Origin: the human T2T-CHM13v2.0 reference genome, Homo sapiens | Assembly (NCBI RefSeq): GCF_009914755.1 | Contig: NC_060946.1 | Strand: one strand, 5' to 3' | Length of the DNA stretch: 64,000 bases | Shown: positions 38,230 through 52,600 of the stretch, one piece after another | How the letters are laid out: the number at the start of each line of letters is the position of its first letter | Numbering within the stretch: the stretch's first letter is position 1 | Program-made: the position numbers and the translations under genes | The notes under the pieces: model-generated | What the model was told of the DNA's origin: nothing | Database searches by the model: none | What the model saw: only the letters and a program-made list of their open reading frames with translations

Positions 38230-41200
38230 ATTCAACTCTGTGACTTGAATGCACATATCACAAAGAAGTTTCTGAGAATGCTTCTGTCGAGATTTTATAT
38301 GAAGATATTCCCGTTTCCAACGAAATCCTGAAATCTATCCAAATATCCCCTCGCAGATTCTACAAAATGAGTGTTTCAAAACTGCTCTGTAAAAAGAAAG
38401 GTTCAACTCTGTTACTTGAGTACACACATCACAAACAAGTTTCACAGAATGCTTCTTTCTAGCTTGTAGGGGAAGATATTCCCTTTATCACCATGGTCCT
38501 CAAACCGTCCGAAACGTCCACTTCCATATACTACAAAAAGAGCGTTTCAAACCTGCTCTAGGAAAGGCAATGTTCAACTCTGTGACTTGAATGCAGACAT
38601 CACAGAGCAGTTTCTGAGAATGCTTCTGTCTAGATTTTATAGGAAGATATTCCCGTTTCCAACGAAATCTTCACAGCTATCCAAATATCCACTTGCAGAT
38701 TCTACAAAAAGAGTGTATCAAAACTGCTCTGTCAAAAGGAAGGTTCTTCTCTTTTAGGTGAGTGCATACGTCATAAAGGAGTTTCTGAGAATGTTTCTGT
38801 CTAGTGGTTATGGGAAGATATTTGCTTTTTCACCGTAGGCCTCAGAGCGCTCCAAATATCCACTTGCACATACTACAAAAAGAGTGCCTCAAAGCTGCTC
38901 TCTGAAACGGAATGTTCAACTCTATGAGTTGAATGCAAACATCACAAAGACGTTTCTGAGAATGCTTCTGTCTAGATTTGATATGAAGATATTCCCGTTT
39001 CCAACGAAATCTTCAAATCTATCCAAATGTCCACTTGCATAATCAACTAAAAGTGTTTTTCAGAACTGCTCTATCAAAAGAAAGATCCACCTCTGTTAGC
39101 TGAGTTCACACATCACAAACAAGTTTATGAGAATGCTTCTGTCTAGTTTTTATTTGAAGATATTTCCTTTCTCACCATAGACCTGAAAGCTGTCCTAATG
39201 TTCACTTCCAGATACTACAGAAAGAGTGTTTCAAAACTGCTGTACGAAAGGGAATGTTCAGCTCTGTGACTTGAATGCACACATCACAAAGAAGTTTCTG
39301 AGGATGCTGCTGTCTACTTTTTATATGTAATCCCGTTTCCAACGAAATCCTCCAAGCTATCCAAATATCCACTTGCAGATTCCACAGAAAGACTGTTTCA
39401 AAACTGCTCTGTCAATAGAAAGGTTCAACTCTGTTAGCTGCGTGCATATATCCCAAAGAAGATTCTGAGATTGCTTCTGTCTAGTTTTTATGGGAAGATA
39501 TTTCCCTTTTCACCATAGGCGTCAAGGCGCTCCAAATGTCCACTTCCAGATACTACAAAAAGAGTGTTTCAAACCTACTCTGTGAAAGCGAATATTCAAC
39601 TCTGTGACTTGAATGCACATATCACAAAGAAGTTTCTGAGAATGCTTCTGTCGAGATTTTATATGAAGATATTCCCGTTTCCAACGAAATCCTGAAATCT
39701 ATCCAAATATCCCCTCGCAGATTCTACAAAAAGAGTGTTTCAAAACTGCTCTGTAAAAAGAAAGGTTCAACTCTGTTAGTTGAGTACACACATCACAAAC
39801 AAGTTTCACAGAATGCTTCTTTCTAGCTTGTAGGGGAAGATATTCCCTTTATCACCATGGGCCTCCAACCGTCCGAAACATCCACTTCCATATACTACAA
39901 AAAGAGCGTTTCAAACCTGCTCTATGAAAGGCAATGTTCAACTCTGTGACTTGAATGCAGACATCACAGAGCAGTTTCTGAGAATGCTTCTGTCTAGATT
40001 TTATAGGAAGATATTCCCGTTTCCAACGAAATCTTCACAGCTATCCAAATATCCACTTGCAGATTCTACAAAAAGAGTGTATCAAAACTGCTCTGTCAAA
40101 AGGAAGGTTCTTCTCTGTTAGGTGAGTGCATACGTCATAAAGGAGTTTCTGAGAATGTTTCTGTCTAGTGGTTATGGGAAGATATTTGCTTTTTCACCTT
40201 AGGCCTCAGAGCGCTCCAAATATCCACTTGCACATACTACAAAAAGAGTGCCTCAAAGCTGCTCTCTGAAACGGAATGTTCAACTCTATGAGTTGAATGC
40301 AAACATCACAAAGACGTTTCTGAGAATGCTTCTGTCTAGATTTGATATGAAGATATTCCCGTTTCCAACGAAATCTTCAAATCTATCCAAATGTCCACTT
40401 GCATAATCAACAAAACGTGTTTTTCAGAACTGCTCTATCAAAAGAAAGATCCACCTCTGTTAGCTGAGTTCACACATCACAAACAAGTTTATGAGAATGC
40501 TTCTGTCTAGTTTTTATTTGAAGATATTTCCTTTCTCACCATAGACCTGAAAGCTGTCCTAATGTTCACTTCCAGATACTACAGAAAGAGTGTTTCAAAA
40601 CTGCTGTATGAAAGGGAATGTTCAACTCTGTGACTTGAATGCACACATCACAAAGAAGTTTCTGAGGATGCTGCTGTCTACTTTTTATACGTAATCCCGT
40701 TTCCAACGAAATCCTCCAAGCTATCCAAACATCCACTTGCAGATTCCACAGAAAGACTGTTTCAAAACTGCTCTGTCAATAGAAAGGTTCAACTCTGTTA
40801 GCTGCGTGCATATATCCCAAAGAAGATTCTGAGATTGCTTCTGTCTAGTTTTTATGGGAAGATATTTCCCTTTTCACCGTAGGCGTCAAGGCGCTCCAAA
40901 TGTCCACTTCCAGATACTACAAAAAGAGTGTTTCAAACCTACTCTATGAAAGGGAATATTCAACTCTGTGACTTGAATGCACATATCACAAAGAAGTTTC
41001 TGAGAATGCTTCTGTCGAGATTTTATATGAAGATATTCCCGTTTCCAACGAAATCCTGAAATCTATCCAAATATCCCCTCGCAGATTCTACAAAATGAGT
41101 GTTTCAAAACTGCTCTGTAAAAAGAAAGGTTCAACTCTGTTACTTGAGTACACACATCACAAACAAGTTTCACAGAATGCTTCTTTCTAGCTTGTAGGGG

Positions 41201-43700
41201 AAGATATTCCCTTTATCACCATGGTCCTCAAACCGTCCGAAACGTCCACTTCCATATACTACAAAAAGAGCGTTTCAAACCTGCTCTAGGAAAGGCAATG
41301 TTCAACTCTGTGACTTGAATGCAGACATCACAGAGCAGTTTCTGAGAATGCTTCTGTCTAGATTTTATAGGAAGATATTCCCGTTTCCAACGAAATCTTC
41401 ACAGCTATCCAAATATCCACTTGCAGATTCTACAAAAAGAGTGTATCAAAACTGCTCTGTCAAAAGGAAGGTTCTTCTCTGTTAGGTGAGTGCATACGTC
41501 ATAAAGGAGTTTCTGAGAATGTTTCTGTCTAGTGGTTATGGGAAGATATTTGCTTTTTCACCGTAGGCCTCAGAGCGCTCCAAATATCCACTTGCACATA
41601 CTACAAAAAGAGTGCCTCAAAGCTGCTCTCTGAAACGGAATGTTCAACTCTATGAGTTGAATGCAAACATCACAAAGACGTTTCTGAGAATGCTTCTGTC
41701 TAGATTTGATATGAAGATATTCCCGTTTCCAACGAAATCTTCAAATCTATCCAAATGTCCACTTGCATAATCAACTAAAAGTGTTTTTCAGAACTGCTCT
41801 ATCAAAAGAAAGATCCACCTCTGTTAGCTGAGTTCACACATCACAAACAAGTTTATGAGAATGCTTCTGTCTAGTTTTTATTTGAAGATATTTCCTTTCT
41901 CACCATAGACCTGAAAGCTGTCCTAATGTTCACTTCCAGATACTACAGAAAGAGTGTTTCAAAACTGCTGTACGAAAGGGAATGTTCAGCTCTGTGACTT
42001 GAATGCACACATCACAAAGAAGTTTCTGAGGATGCTGCTGTCTACTTTTTATATGTAATCCCGTTTCCAACGAAATCCTCCAAGCTATCCAAATATCCAC
42101 TTGCAGATTCCACAGAAAGACTGTTTCAAAACTGCTCTGTCAATAGAAAGGTTCAACTCTGTTAGCTGCGTGCATATATCCCAAAGAAGATTCTGAGATT
42201 GCTTCTGTCTAGTTTTTATGGGAAGATATTTCCCTTTTCACCATAGGCGTCAAGGCGCTCCAAATGTCCACTTCCAGATACTACAAAAAGAGTGTTTCAA
42301 ACCTACTCTGTGAAAGCGAATATTCAACTCTGTGACTTGAATGCACATATCACAAAGAAGTTTCTGAGAATGCTTCTGTCGAGATTTTATATGAAGATAT
42401 TCCCGTTTCCAACGAAATCCTGAAATCTATCCAAATATCCCCTCGCAGATTCTACAAAAAGAGTGTTTGAAAACTGCTCTGTAAAAAGAAAGGTTCAACT
42501 CTGTTAGTTGAGTACACACATCACAAACAAGTTTCACAGAATGCTTCTTTCTAGCTTGTAGGGGAAGATATTCCCTTTATCACCATGGGCCTCCAACCGT
42601 CCGAAACATCCACTTCCATATACTACAAAAAGAGCGTTTCAAACCTGCTCTATGAAAGGCAATGTTCAACTCTGTGACTTGAATGCAGACATCACAGAGC
42701 AGTTTCTGAGAATGCTTCTGTCTAGATTTTATAGGAAGATATTCCCGTTTCCAACGAAATCTTCACAGCTATCCAAATATCCACTTGCAGATTCTACAAA
42801 AAGAGTGTATCAAAACTGCTCTGTCAAAAGGAAGGTTCTTCTCTGTTAGGTGAGTGCATACGTCATAAAGGAGTTTCTGAGAATGTTTCTGTCTAGTGGT
42901 TATGGGAAGATATTTGCTTTTTCACCTTAGGCCTCAGAGCGCTCCAAATATCCACTTGCACATACTACAAAAAGAGTGCCTCAAAGCTGCTCTCTGAAAC
43001 GGAATGTTCAACTCTATGAGTTGAATGCAAACATCACAAAGACGTTTCTGAGAATGCTTCTGTCTAGATTTGATATGAAGATATTCCCGTTTCCAACGAA
43101 ATCTTCAAATCTATCCAAATGTCCACTTGCATAATCAACAAAACGTGTTTTTCAGAACTGCTCTATCAAAAGAAAGATCCACCTCTGTTAGCTGAGTTCA
43201 CACATCACAAACAAGTTTATGAGAATGCTTCTGTCTAGTTTTTATTTGAAGATATTTCCTTTCTCACCATAGACCTGAAAGCTGTCCTAATGTTCACTTC
43301 CAGATACTACAGAAAGAGTGTTTCAAAACTGCTGTATGAAAGGGAATGTTCAACTCTGTGACTTGAATGCACACATCACAAAGAAGTTTCTGAGGATGCT
43401 GCTGTCTACTTTTTATACGTAATCCCGTTTCCAACGAAATCCTCCAAGCTATCCAAACATCCACTTGCAGATTCCACAGAAAGACTGTTTCAAAACTGCT
43501 CTGTCAATAGAAAGGTTCAACTCTGTTAGCTGCGTGCATATATCCCAAAGAAGATTCTGAGATTGCTTCTGTCTAGTTTTTATGGGAAGATATTTCCCTT
43601 TTCACCGTAGGCGTCAAGGCGCTCCAAATGTCCACTTCCAGATACTACAAAAAGAGTGTTTCAAACCTACTCTGTGAAAGGGAATATTCAACTCTGTGAC
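38230..43700 (-). repeat. Tandem duplication of a different 2-HOR unit (2728 bp)
   Basis: caaaatga (~38363/41091), gttacttg, caactaa, ttcagctc, caccatagg, aaaacgtg and caaacatcc each recur at +2728. Confidence 0.92.
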
Positions 43701-46669
43701 TTGAATGCACATATCACAAAGAAGTTTCTGATAATGCTTCTGTCGAGATTTTATATGAAGATATTCCCGTTTCCAACGAAATCCTGAAATCTATCCAAAT
43801 ATCCCCTCGCAGATTCTACAAAAAGAGTGTTTCAAAACTGCTCTGTAAAAAGAAAGGTTCAACTCTGTTAGTTGAGTACACACATCACAAACAAGTTTCA
43901 CAGAACGCTTCTTTCTAGCTTGTAGGGGAAGATATTCCCTTTATCACCATGAGCCTCCAACCGTCCGAAACGTCCACTTCCATATACTACAAAAAGAGCG
44001 TTTCAAACCTGCTCTAGGAAAGGCAATGTTCAACTCTGTGACTTGAATGCAGACATCACAGAGCAGTTTCTGAGAATGCTTCTGTCTAGATTTTATAGGA
44101 AGATATTCCCGTTTCCAACGAAATCTTCACAGCTATCCAAATATCCACTTGCAGATTCTACAAAAAGAGTGTATCAAAACTGCTCTGTCAAAAGGAAGGT
44201 TCTTCTCTGTTAGGTGAGTGCATACGTCATAAACGAGTTTCTGAGAATGTTTCTGTCTAGTGGTTATGGGAAGATATTTGCTTTTTCACCGTAGGCCTCA
44301 GAGCGCTCCAAATATCCACTTGCACATACTACAAAAAGAGTGCCTCAAAGCTGCTCTTTGAAACGGAATGTTCAACTCTATGAGTTGAATGCAAACATCA
44401 CAAAGACGTTTCTGAGAATGCTTCTGTCTAGATTTGATATGAAGATATTCCCGTTTCCAACGAAATCTTCAAATCTATCCAAATGTCCACTTGCAGATTC
44501 AACAAAAAGTGTTTTTCAGAACTTCTCTATCAAAAGAAAGATCCACCTCTGTTAGCTGAGTTCACACATCACAAACAAGTTTATGAGAATGCTTCTTTCT
44601 AGTTTTTATTTGAAGATATTTCCTTTCTCACCATAGACCTGAAAGCTGTCCTAATGTTCACTTCCAGATACTACAGAAAGAGTGTTTCAAAACTGCTGTA
44701 TGAAAGGGAATGTTCAACTCTGTGACTTGAATGCACACATCACAAAGAAGTTTCTGAGGATGCTGCTGTCTACTTTTTATATGTAATCCCGTTTCCAACG
44801 AAATCCTCCAAGCTATCCAAATATCCACTTGCAGATTCCACAGAAAGACTGTTTCAAAACTGCTCTGTCAATAGAAAGGTTCAACTCTGTTAGCTGCGTG
44901 CATATATCCCAAAGAAGATTCTGAGATTGCTTCTGTCTAGTTTTTATGGGAAGATATTTCCCTTTTCACCGTAGGCGTCAAGGCGCTCCAAATGTCCACT
45001 TCCAGATACTACAAAAAGAGTGTTTCAAACCTACTCTGTGAAAGGGAATATTCAACTCTGTGACTTGAATGCACATATCACAAAGAAGTTTCTGAGAATG
45101 CTTCTGTCGAGATTTTATATGAAGATATTCCCGTTTCCAACGAAATCCTGAAATCTATCCAAATATCCCCTCGCAGATTCTACAAAAAGAGTGTTTCAAA
45201 ACTGCTCTGTAAAAAGAAAGGTTCAACTCTGTTAGTTGAGTACACACATCACAAACAAGTTTCACAGAATGCTTCTTTCTAGCTTGTAGGGGAAGATATT
45301 CCCTTTATCACCATGGGCCTCCAACCGTCCGAAACATCCACTTCCATATACTACAAAAAGAGCGTTTCAAACCTGCTCTATGAAAGGCAATGTTCAACTC
45401 TGTGACTTGAAAGCAGACATCACAGAGCAGTTTCTGAGAATGCTTCTGTCTAGATTTTATAGGAAGATATTCCCGTTTCCAACGAAATCTTCACAGCTAT
45501 CCAAATATCCACTTGCAGATTCTTCAAAAAGAGTGTATCAAAACTGCTCTGTCAAAAGGAAGGTTCTTCTCTGTTAGGTGAGTGCATACGTCATAAAGGA
45601 GTTTCTGAGAATGTTTCTGTCTAGTGGTTATGGGAAGATATTTGCTTTTTCACCGTAGGCCTCAGAGCGCTCCAAATATCCACTTGCACATACTACAAAA
45701 AGAGTGCCTCAAAGCTGCTCTCTGAAACGGAATGTTCAACTCTATGAGTTGAATGCAAACATCACAAAGACGTTTCTGAGAATGCTTCTGTCTAGATTTG
45801 ATATGAAGATATTCCCGTTTCCAACGAAATCTTCAAATCTATCCAAATGTCCACTTCTATAATCAACAAAAAGTGTTTTTCAGAACTGCTCTATCAAAAG
45901 AAAGATCCACCTCTGTTAGCTGAGTTCACACATCACAAACAAGTTTATGAGAATGCTTCTGTCTAGTTTTTATTTGAAGATATTTCCTTTCTCACCATAG
46001 ACCTGAAAGCTGTCCTAATGTTCACTTCCAGATACTACAGAAAGAGTGTTTCAAAACTGCTGTACGAAAGGGAATGTTCAACTCTGTGACTTGAATGCAC
46101 ACATCACAAAGAAGTTTCTGAGGATGCTGCTGTCTACTTTTTATACGTAATCCCGTTTCCAACGAAATCCTCCAAGCTATCCAAATATCCACTTGCAGAT
46201 TCCACAGAAAGACTGTTTCAAAACTGCTCTGTCAATAGAAAGGTTCAACTCTGTTAGCTGCGTGCATATATCCCAAAGAAGATTCTGAGATTGCTTCTGT
46301 CTAGTTTTTATGGGAAGATATTTCCCTTTTCACCGTAGGCGTCAAGGCGCTCCAAATGTCCACTTCCAGATACTACAAAAAGAGTGTTTCAAACCTACTC
46401 TGTGAAAGCGAATATTCAACTCTGTGACTTGAATGCACATATCACAAAGAAGTTTCTGAGAATGCTTCTGTCGAGATTTTATATGAAGATATTCCCGTTT
46501 CCAACGAAATCCTGAAATCTATCCAAATATCCCCTCGCAGATTCTACAAAAAGAGTGTTTCAAAACTGCTCTGTAAAAAGAAAGGTTCAACTCTGTTAGT
46601 TGAGTACACACATCACAAACAAGTTTCACAGAATGCTTCTTTCTAGCTTGTAGGGGAAGATATTCCCTT

Positions 46670-49600
46670 TATCACCATGGGCCTCCAACCGTCCGAAACG
46701 TCCACTTCCATATACTACAAAAAGAGCGTTTCAAACCTGCTCTAGGAAAGGCAATGTTCAACTCTGTGACTTGAATGCAGACATCACAGAGCAGTTTCTG
46801 AGAATGCTTCTGTCTAGATTTTATAGGAAGATATTACCGTTTCCAACGAAATCTTCACAGCTATCCAAATATCCACTTGCAGATTCTACAAAAAGAGTGT
46901 ATCAAAACTGCTCTGTCAAAAGGAAGGTTCTTCTCTGTTAGGTGAGTGCATACGTCATAAAGGAGTTTCTGAGAATGTTTCTGTCTAGTGGTTATGGGAA
47001 GATATTTGCTTTTTCACCGTAGGCCTCAGAGCACTCCAAATATCCACTTGCACATACTACAAAAAGAGTGCCTCAAAGCTGCTCTTTGAAACGGAATGTT
47101 CAACTCTATGAGTTGAATGCAAACATCACAAAGACGTTTCTGAGAATGCTTCTGTCTAGATTTGATATGAAGATATTCCCGTTTCCAACGAAATCTTCAA
47201 ATCTATCCAAATGTCCACTTGCAGATTCAACAAAAAGTGTTTTTCAGAACTGCTCTATCAAAAGAAAGATCCACCTCTGTTAGCTGAGTTCACACATCAC
47301 AAACAAGTTTATGAGAATGCTTCTGTCTGGTTTTTATTTGAAGATATTTCCTTTCTCACCATAGACCTGAAAGCTGTCCTAATGTTCACTTCCAGATACT
47401 ACAGAAAGAGTGTTTCAAAACTGCTGTATGAAAGGGAATGTTCAACTCTGTGACTTGAATGCACACATCACAAAGAAGTTTCTGAGGATGCTGCTGTCTA
47501 CTTTTTATATGTAATCCCGTTTCCAACGAAATCCTCCAAGCTATCCAAATATCCACTTGCAGATTCCACAGAAAGACTGTTTCAAAACTGCTCTGTCAAT
47601 AGAAAGGTTCAACTCTGTTAGCTGCGTGCATATATCCCAAAGAAGATTCTGAGATTGCTTCTGTCTAGTTTTTATGGGAAGATATTTCCCTTTTCACCGT
47701 AGGCGTCAAGGCGCTCCAAATGTCCACTTCCAGATACTACAAAAAGAGTGTTTCAAACCTACTCTGTGAAAGGGAATATTCAACTCTGTGACTTGAATGC
47801 ACATATCACAAAGAAGTTTCTGATAATGCTTCTGTCGAGATTTTATATGAAGATATTCCCGTTTCCAACGAAATCCTGAAATCTATCCAAATATCCCCTC
47901 GCAGATTCTACAAAAAGAGTGTTTCAAAACTGCTCTGTAAAAAGAAAGGTTCAACTCTGTTAGTTGAGTACACACATCACAAACAAGTTTCACAGAATGC
48001 TTCTTTCTAGCTTGTAGGGGAAGATATTCCCTTTATCACCATGGGCCTCCAACCGTCCGAAACATCCACTTCCATATACTACAAAAAGAGCGTTTCAAAC
48101 CTGCTCTATGAAAGGCAATGTTCAACTCTGTGACTTGAAAGCAGACATCACAGAGCAGTTTCTGAGAATGCTTCTGTCTAGATTTTATAGGAAGATATTC
48201 CCGTTTCCAACGAAATCTTCACAGCTATCCAAATATCCACTTGCAGATTCTACAAAAAGAGTGTATCAAAACTGCTCTGTCAAAAGGAAGGTTCTTCTCT
48301 GTTAGGTGAGTGCATACGTCATAAAGGAGTTTCTGAGAATGTTTCTGTCTAGTGGTTATGGGAAGATATTTGCTTTTTCACCGTATGCCTCAGAGAGCTC
48401 CAAATATCCACTTGCACATACTACAAAAAGAGTGCCTCAAAGCTGCTCTCTGAAACGGAATGTTCAACTCTATGAGTTGAATGCAAACATCACAAAGACG
48501 TTTCTGAGAATGCTTCTGTCTAGATTTGATATGAAGATATTCCCGTTTCCAACGAAATCTTCAAATCTATCCAAATGTCCACTTGCAGATTCAACAAAAA
48601 GTGTTTTTCAGAACTGCTCTATCAAAAGAAAGATCCACCTCTGTTAGCTGAGTTCACACATCACAAACAAGTTTATGAGAATGCTTCTGTCTAGTTTTTA
48701 TTTGAAGATATTTCCTTTCTCACCATAGACCTGAAAGCTGTCCTAATGTTCACTTCCAGATACTACAGAAAGAGTGTTTCAAAACTGCTGTACGAAAGGG
48801 AATGTTCAACTCTGTGACTTGAATGCACACATCACAAAGAAGTTTCTGAGGATGCTGCTGTCTACTTTTTATACGTAATCCCGTTTCCAACGAAATCCTC
48901 CAAGCTATCCAAATATCCACTTGCAGATTCCACAGAAAGACTGTTTCAAAACTGCTCTGTCAATAGAAAGGTTCAACTCTGTTAGCTGCGTGCATATATC
49001 CCAAAGAAGATTCTGAGATTGCTTCTGTCTAGTTTTTATGGGAAGATATTTCCCTTTTCACCGTAGGCGTCAAGGCGCTCCAAATGTCCACTTCCAGATA
49101 CTACAAAAAGAGTGTTTCAAACCTACTCTGTGAAAGCGAATATTCAACTCTGTGACTTGAATGCACATATCACAAAGAAGTTTCTGAGAATGCTTCTGTC
49201 GAGATTTTATATGAAGATATTCCCGTTTCCAACGAAATCCTGAAATCTATCCAAATATCCCCTCGCAGATTCTACAAAAAGAGTGTTTCAAAACTGCTCT
49301 GTAAAAAGAAAGGTTCAACTCTGTTAGTTGAGTACACACATCTCAAACAAGTTTCACAGAATGCTTCTTTCTAGCTTGTAGGGGAAGATATTCCCTTTAT
49401 CACCATGGTCCTCAAACCGTCCGAAACGTCCACTTCCATATACTACAAAAAGAGCGTTTCAAACCTGCTCTAGGAAAGGCAATGTTCAACTCTGTGACTT
49501 GAATGCAGACATCACAGAGCAGTTTCTGAGAATGCTTCTGTCTAGATTTTATAGGAAGATATTCCCGTTTCCAACGAAATCTTCACAGCTATCCAAATAT

Positions 49601-52600
49601 CCACTTGCAGATTCTACAAAAAGAGTGTATCAAAACTGCTCTGTCAAAAGGAAGGTTCTTCTCTGTTAGGTGAGTGCATACGTCATAAAGGAGTTTCTGA
49701 GAATGTTTCTGTCTAGTGGTTATGGGAAGATATTTGCTTTTTCACCGTAGGCCTCAGAGCGCTCCAAATATCCACTTGCACATACTACAAAAAGAGTGCC
49801 TCAAAGCTGCTCTCTGAAACGGAATGTTCAACTCTATGAGTTGAATGCAAACATCACAAAGACGTTTCTGAGAATGCTTCTGTCTAGATTTGATATGAAG
49901 ATATTCCCGTTTCCAACGAAATCTTCAAATCTATCCAAATGTCCACTTGCATAATCAACAAAAAGTGTTTTTCAGAACTGCTCTATCAAAAGAAAGATCC
50001 ACCTCTGTTAGCTGAGTTCACACATCACAAACAAGTTTATGAGAATGCTTCTGTCTAGTTTTTATTTGAAGATATTTCCTTTCTCACCATAGACCTGAAA
50101 GCTGTCCTAATGTTCACTTCCAGATACTACAGAAAGAGTGTTTCAAAACTGCTGTACGAAAGGGAATGTTCAACTCTGTGACTTGAATGCACACATCACA
50201 AAGAAGTTTCTGAGGATGCTGCTGTCTACTTTTTATACGTAATCCCGTTTCCAACGAAATCCTCCAAGCTATCCAAATATCCACTTGCAGATTCCACAGA
50301 AAGACTGTTTCAAAACTGCTCTGTCAATAGAAAGGTTCAACTCTGTTAGCTGCGTGCATATATCCCAAAGAAGATTCTGAGATTGCTTCTGTCTAGTTTT
50401 TATGGGAAGATATTTCCCTTTTCACCGTAGGCGTCAAGGCGCTCCAAATGTCCACTTCCAGATACTACAAAAAGAGTGTTTCAAACCTACTCTGTGAAAG
50501 GGAATATTCAACTCTGTGACTTGAATGCACATATCACAAAGAAGTTTCTGATAATGCTTCTGTCGAGATTTTATATGAAGATATTCCCGTTTCCAACGAA
50601 ATCCTGAAATCTATCCAAATATCCCCTCGCAGATTCTACAAAAAGAGTGTTTCAAAACTGCTCTGTAAAAAGAAAGGTTCAACTCTGTTAGTTGAGTACA
50701 CACATCACAAACAAGTTTCACAGAATGCTTCTTTCTAGCTTGTAGGGGAAGATATTCCCTTTATCACCATGGGCCTCCAACCGTCCGAAACGTCCACTTC
50801 CATATACTACAAAAAGAGCGTTTCAAACCTGCTCTAGGAAAGGCAATGTTCAACTCTGTGACTTGAATGCAGACATCACAGAGCAGTTTCTGAGAATGCT
50901 TCTGTCTAGATTTTATAGGAAGATATTACCGTTTCCAACGAAATCTTCACAGCTATCCAAATATCCACTTGCAGATTCTACAAAAAGAGTGTATCAAAAC
51001 TGCTCTGTCAAAAGGAAGGTTCTTCTCTGTTAGGTGAGTGCATACGTCATAAAGGAGTTTCTGAGAATGTTTCTGTCTAGTGGTTATGGGAAGATATTTG
51101 CTTTTTCACCGTAGGCCTCAGAGCGCTCCAAATATCCACTTGCACATACTACAAAAAGAGTGCCTCAAAGCTGCTCTTTGAAACGGAATGTTCAACTCTA
51201 TGAGTTGAATGCAAACATCACAAAGACGTTTCTGAGAATGCTTCTGTCTAGATTTGATATGAAGATATTCCCGTTTCCAACGAAATCTTCAAATCTATCC
51301 AAATGTCCACTTGCAGATTCAACAAAAAGTGTTTTTCAGAACTGCTCTATCAAAAGAAAGATCCACCTCTGTTAGCTGAGTTCACACATCACAAACAAGT
51401 TTATGAGAATGCTTCTGTGTGGTTTTTATTTGAAGATATTTCCTTTCTCACCATAGACCTGAAAGCTGTCCTAATGTTCACTTCCAGATACTACAGAAAG
51501 AGTGTTTCAAAACTGCTGTATGAAAGGGAATGTTCAACTCTGTGACTTGAATGCACACATCACAAAGAAGTTTCTGAGGATGCTGCTGTCTACTTTTTAT
51601 ATGTAATCCCGTTTCCAACGAAATCCTCCAAGCTATCCAAATATCCACTTGCAGATTCCACAGAAAGACTGTTTCAAAACTGCTCTGTCAATAGAAAGGT
51701 TCAACTCTGTTAGCTGCGTGCATATATCCCAAAGAAGATTCTGAGATTGCTTCTGTCTAGTTTTTATGGGAAGATATTTCCCTTTTCACCGTAGGCGTCA
51801 AGGCGCTCCAAATGTCCACTTCCAGATACTACAAAAAGAGTGTTTCAAACCTACTCTGTGAAAGGGAATATTCAACTCTGTGACTTGAATGCACATATCA
51901 CAAAGAAGTTTCTGATAATGCTTCTGTCGAGATTTTATATGAAGATATTCCCGTTTCCAACGAAATCCTGAAATCTATCCAAATATCCCCTCGCAGATTC
52001 TACAAAAAGAGTGTTTCAAAACTGCTCTGTAAAAAGAAAGGTTCAACTCTGTTAGTTGAGTACACACATCACAAACAAGTTTCACAGAATGCTTCTTTCT
52101 AGCTTGTAGGGGAAGATATTCCCTTTATCACCATGGGCCTCCAACCGTCCGAAACATCCACTTCCATATACTACAAAAAGAGCGTTTCAAACCTGCTCTA
52201 TGAAAGGCAATGTTCAACTCTGTGACTTGAAAGCAGACATCACAGAGCAGTTTCTGAGAATGCTTCTGTCTAGATTTTATAGGAAGATATTCCCGTTTCC
52301 AACGAAATCTTCACAGCTATCCAAATATCCACTTGCAGATTCTACAAAAAGAGTGTATCAAAACTGCTCTGTCAAAAGGAAGGTTCTTCTCTGTTAGGTG
52401 AGTGCATACGTCATAAAGGAGTTTCTGAGAATGTTTCTGTCTAGTGGTTATGGGAAGATATTTGCTTTTTCACCGTAGGCCTCAGAGAGCTCCAAATATC
52501 CACTTGCACATACTACAAAAAGAGTGCCTCAAAGCTGCTCTCTGAAACGGAATGTTCAACTCTATGAGTTGAATGCAAACATCACAAAGACGTTTCTGAG

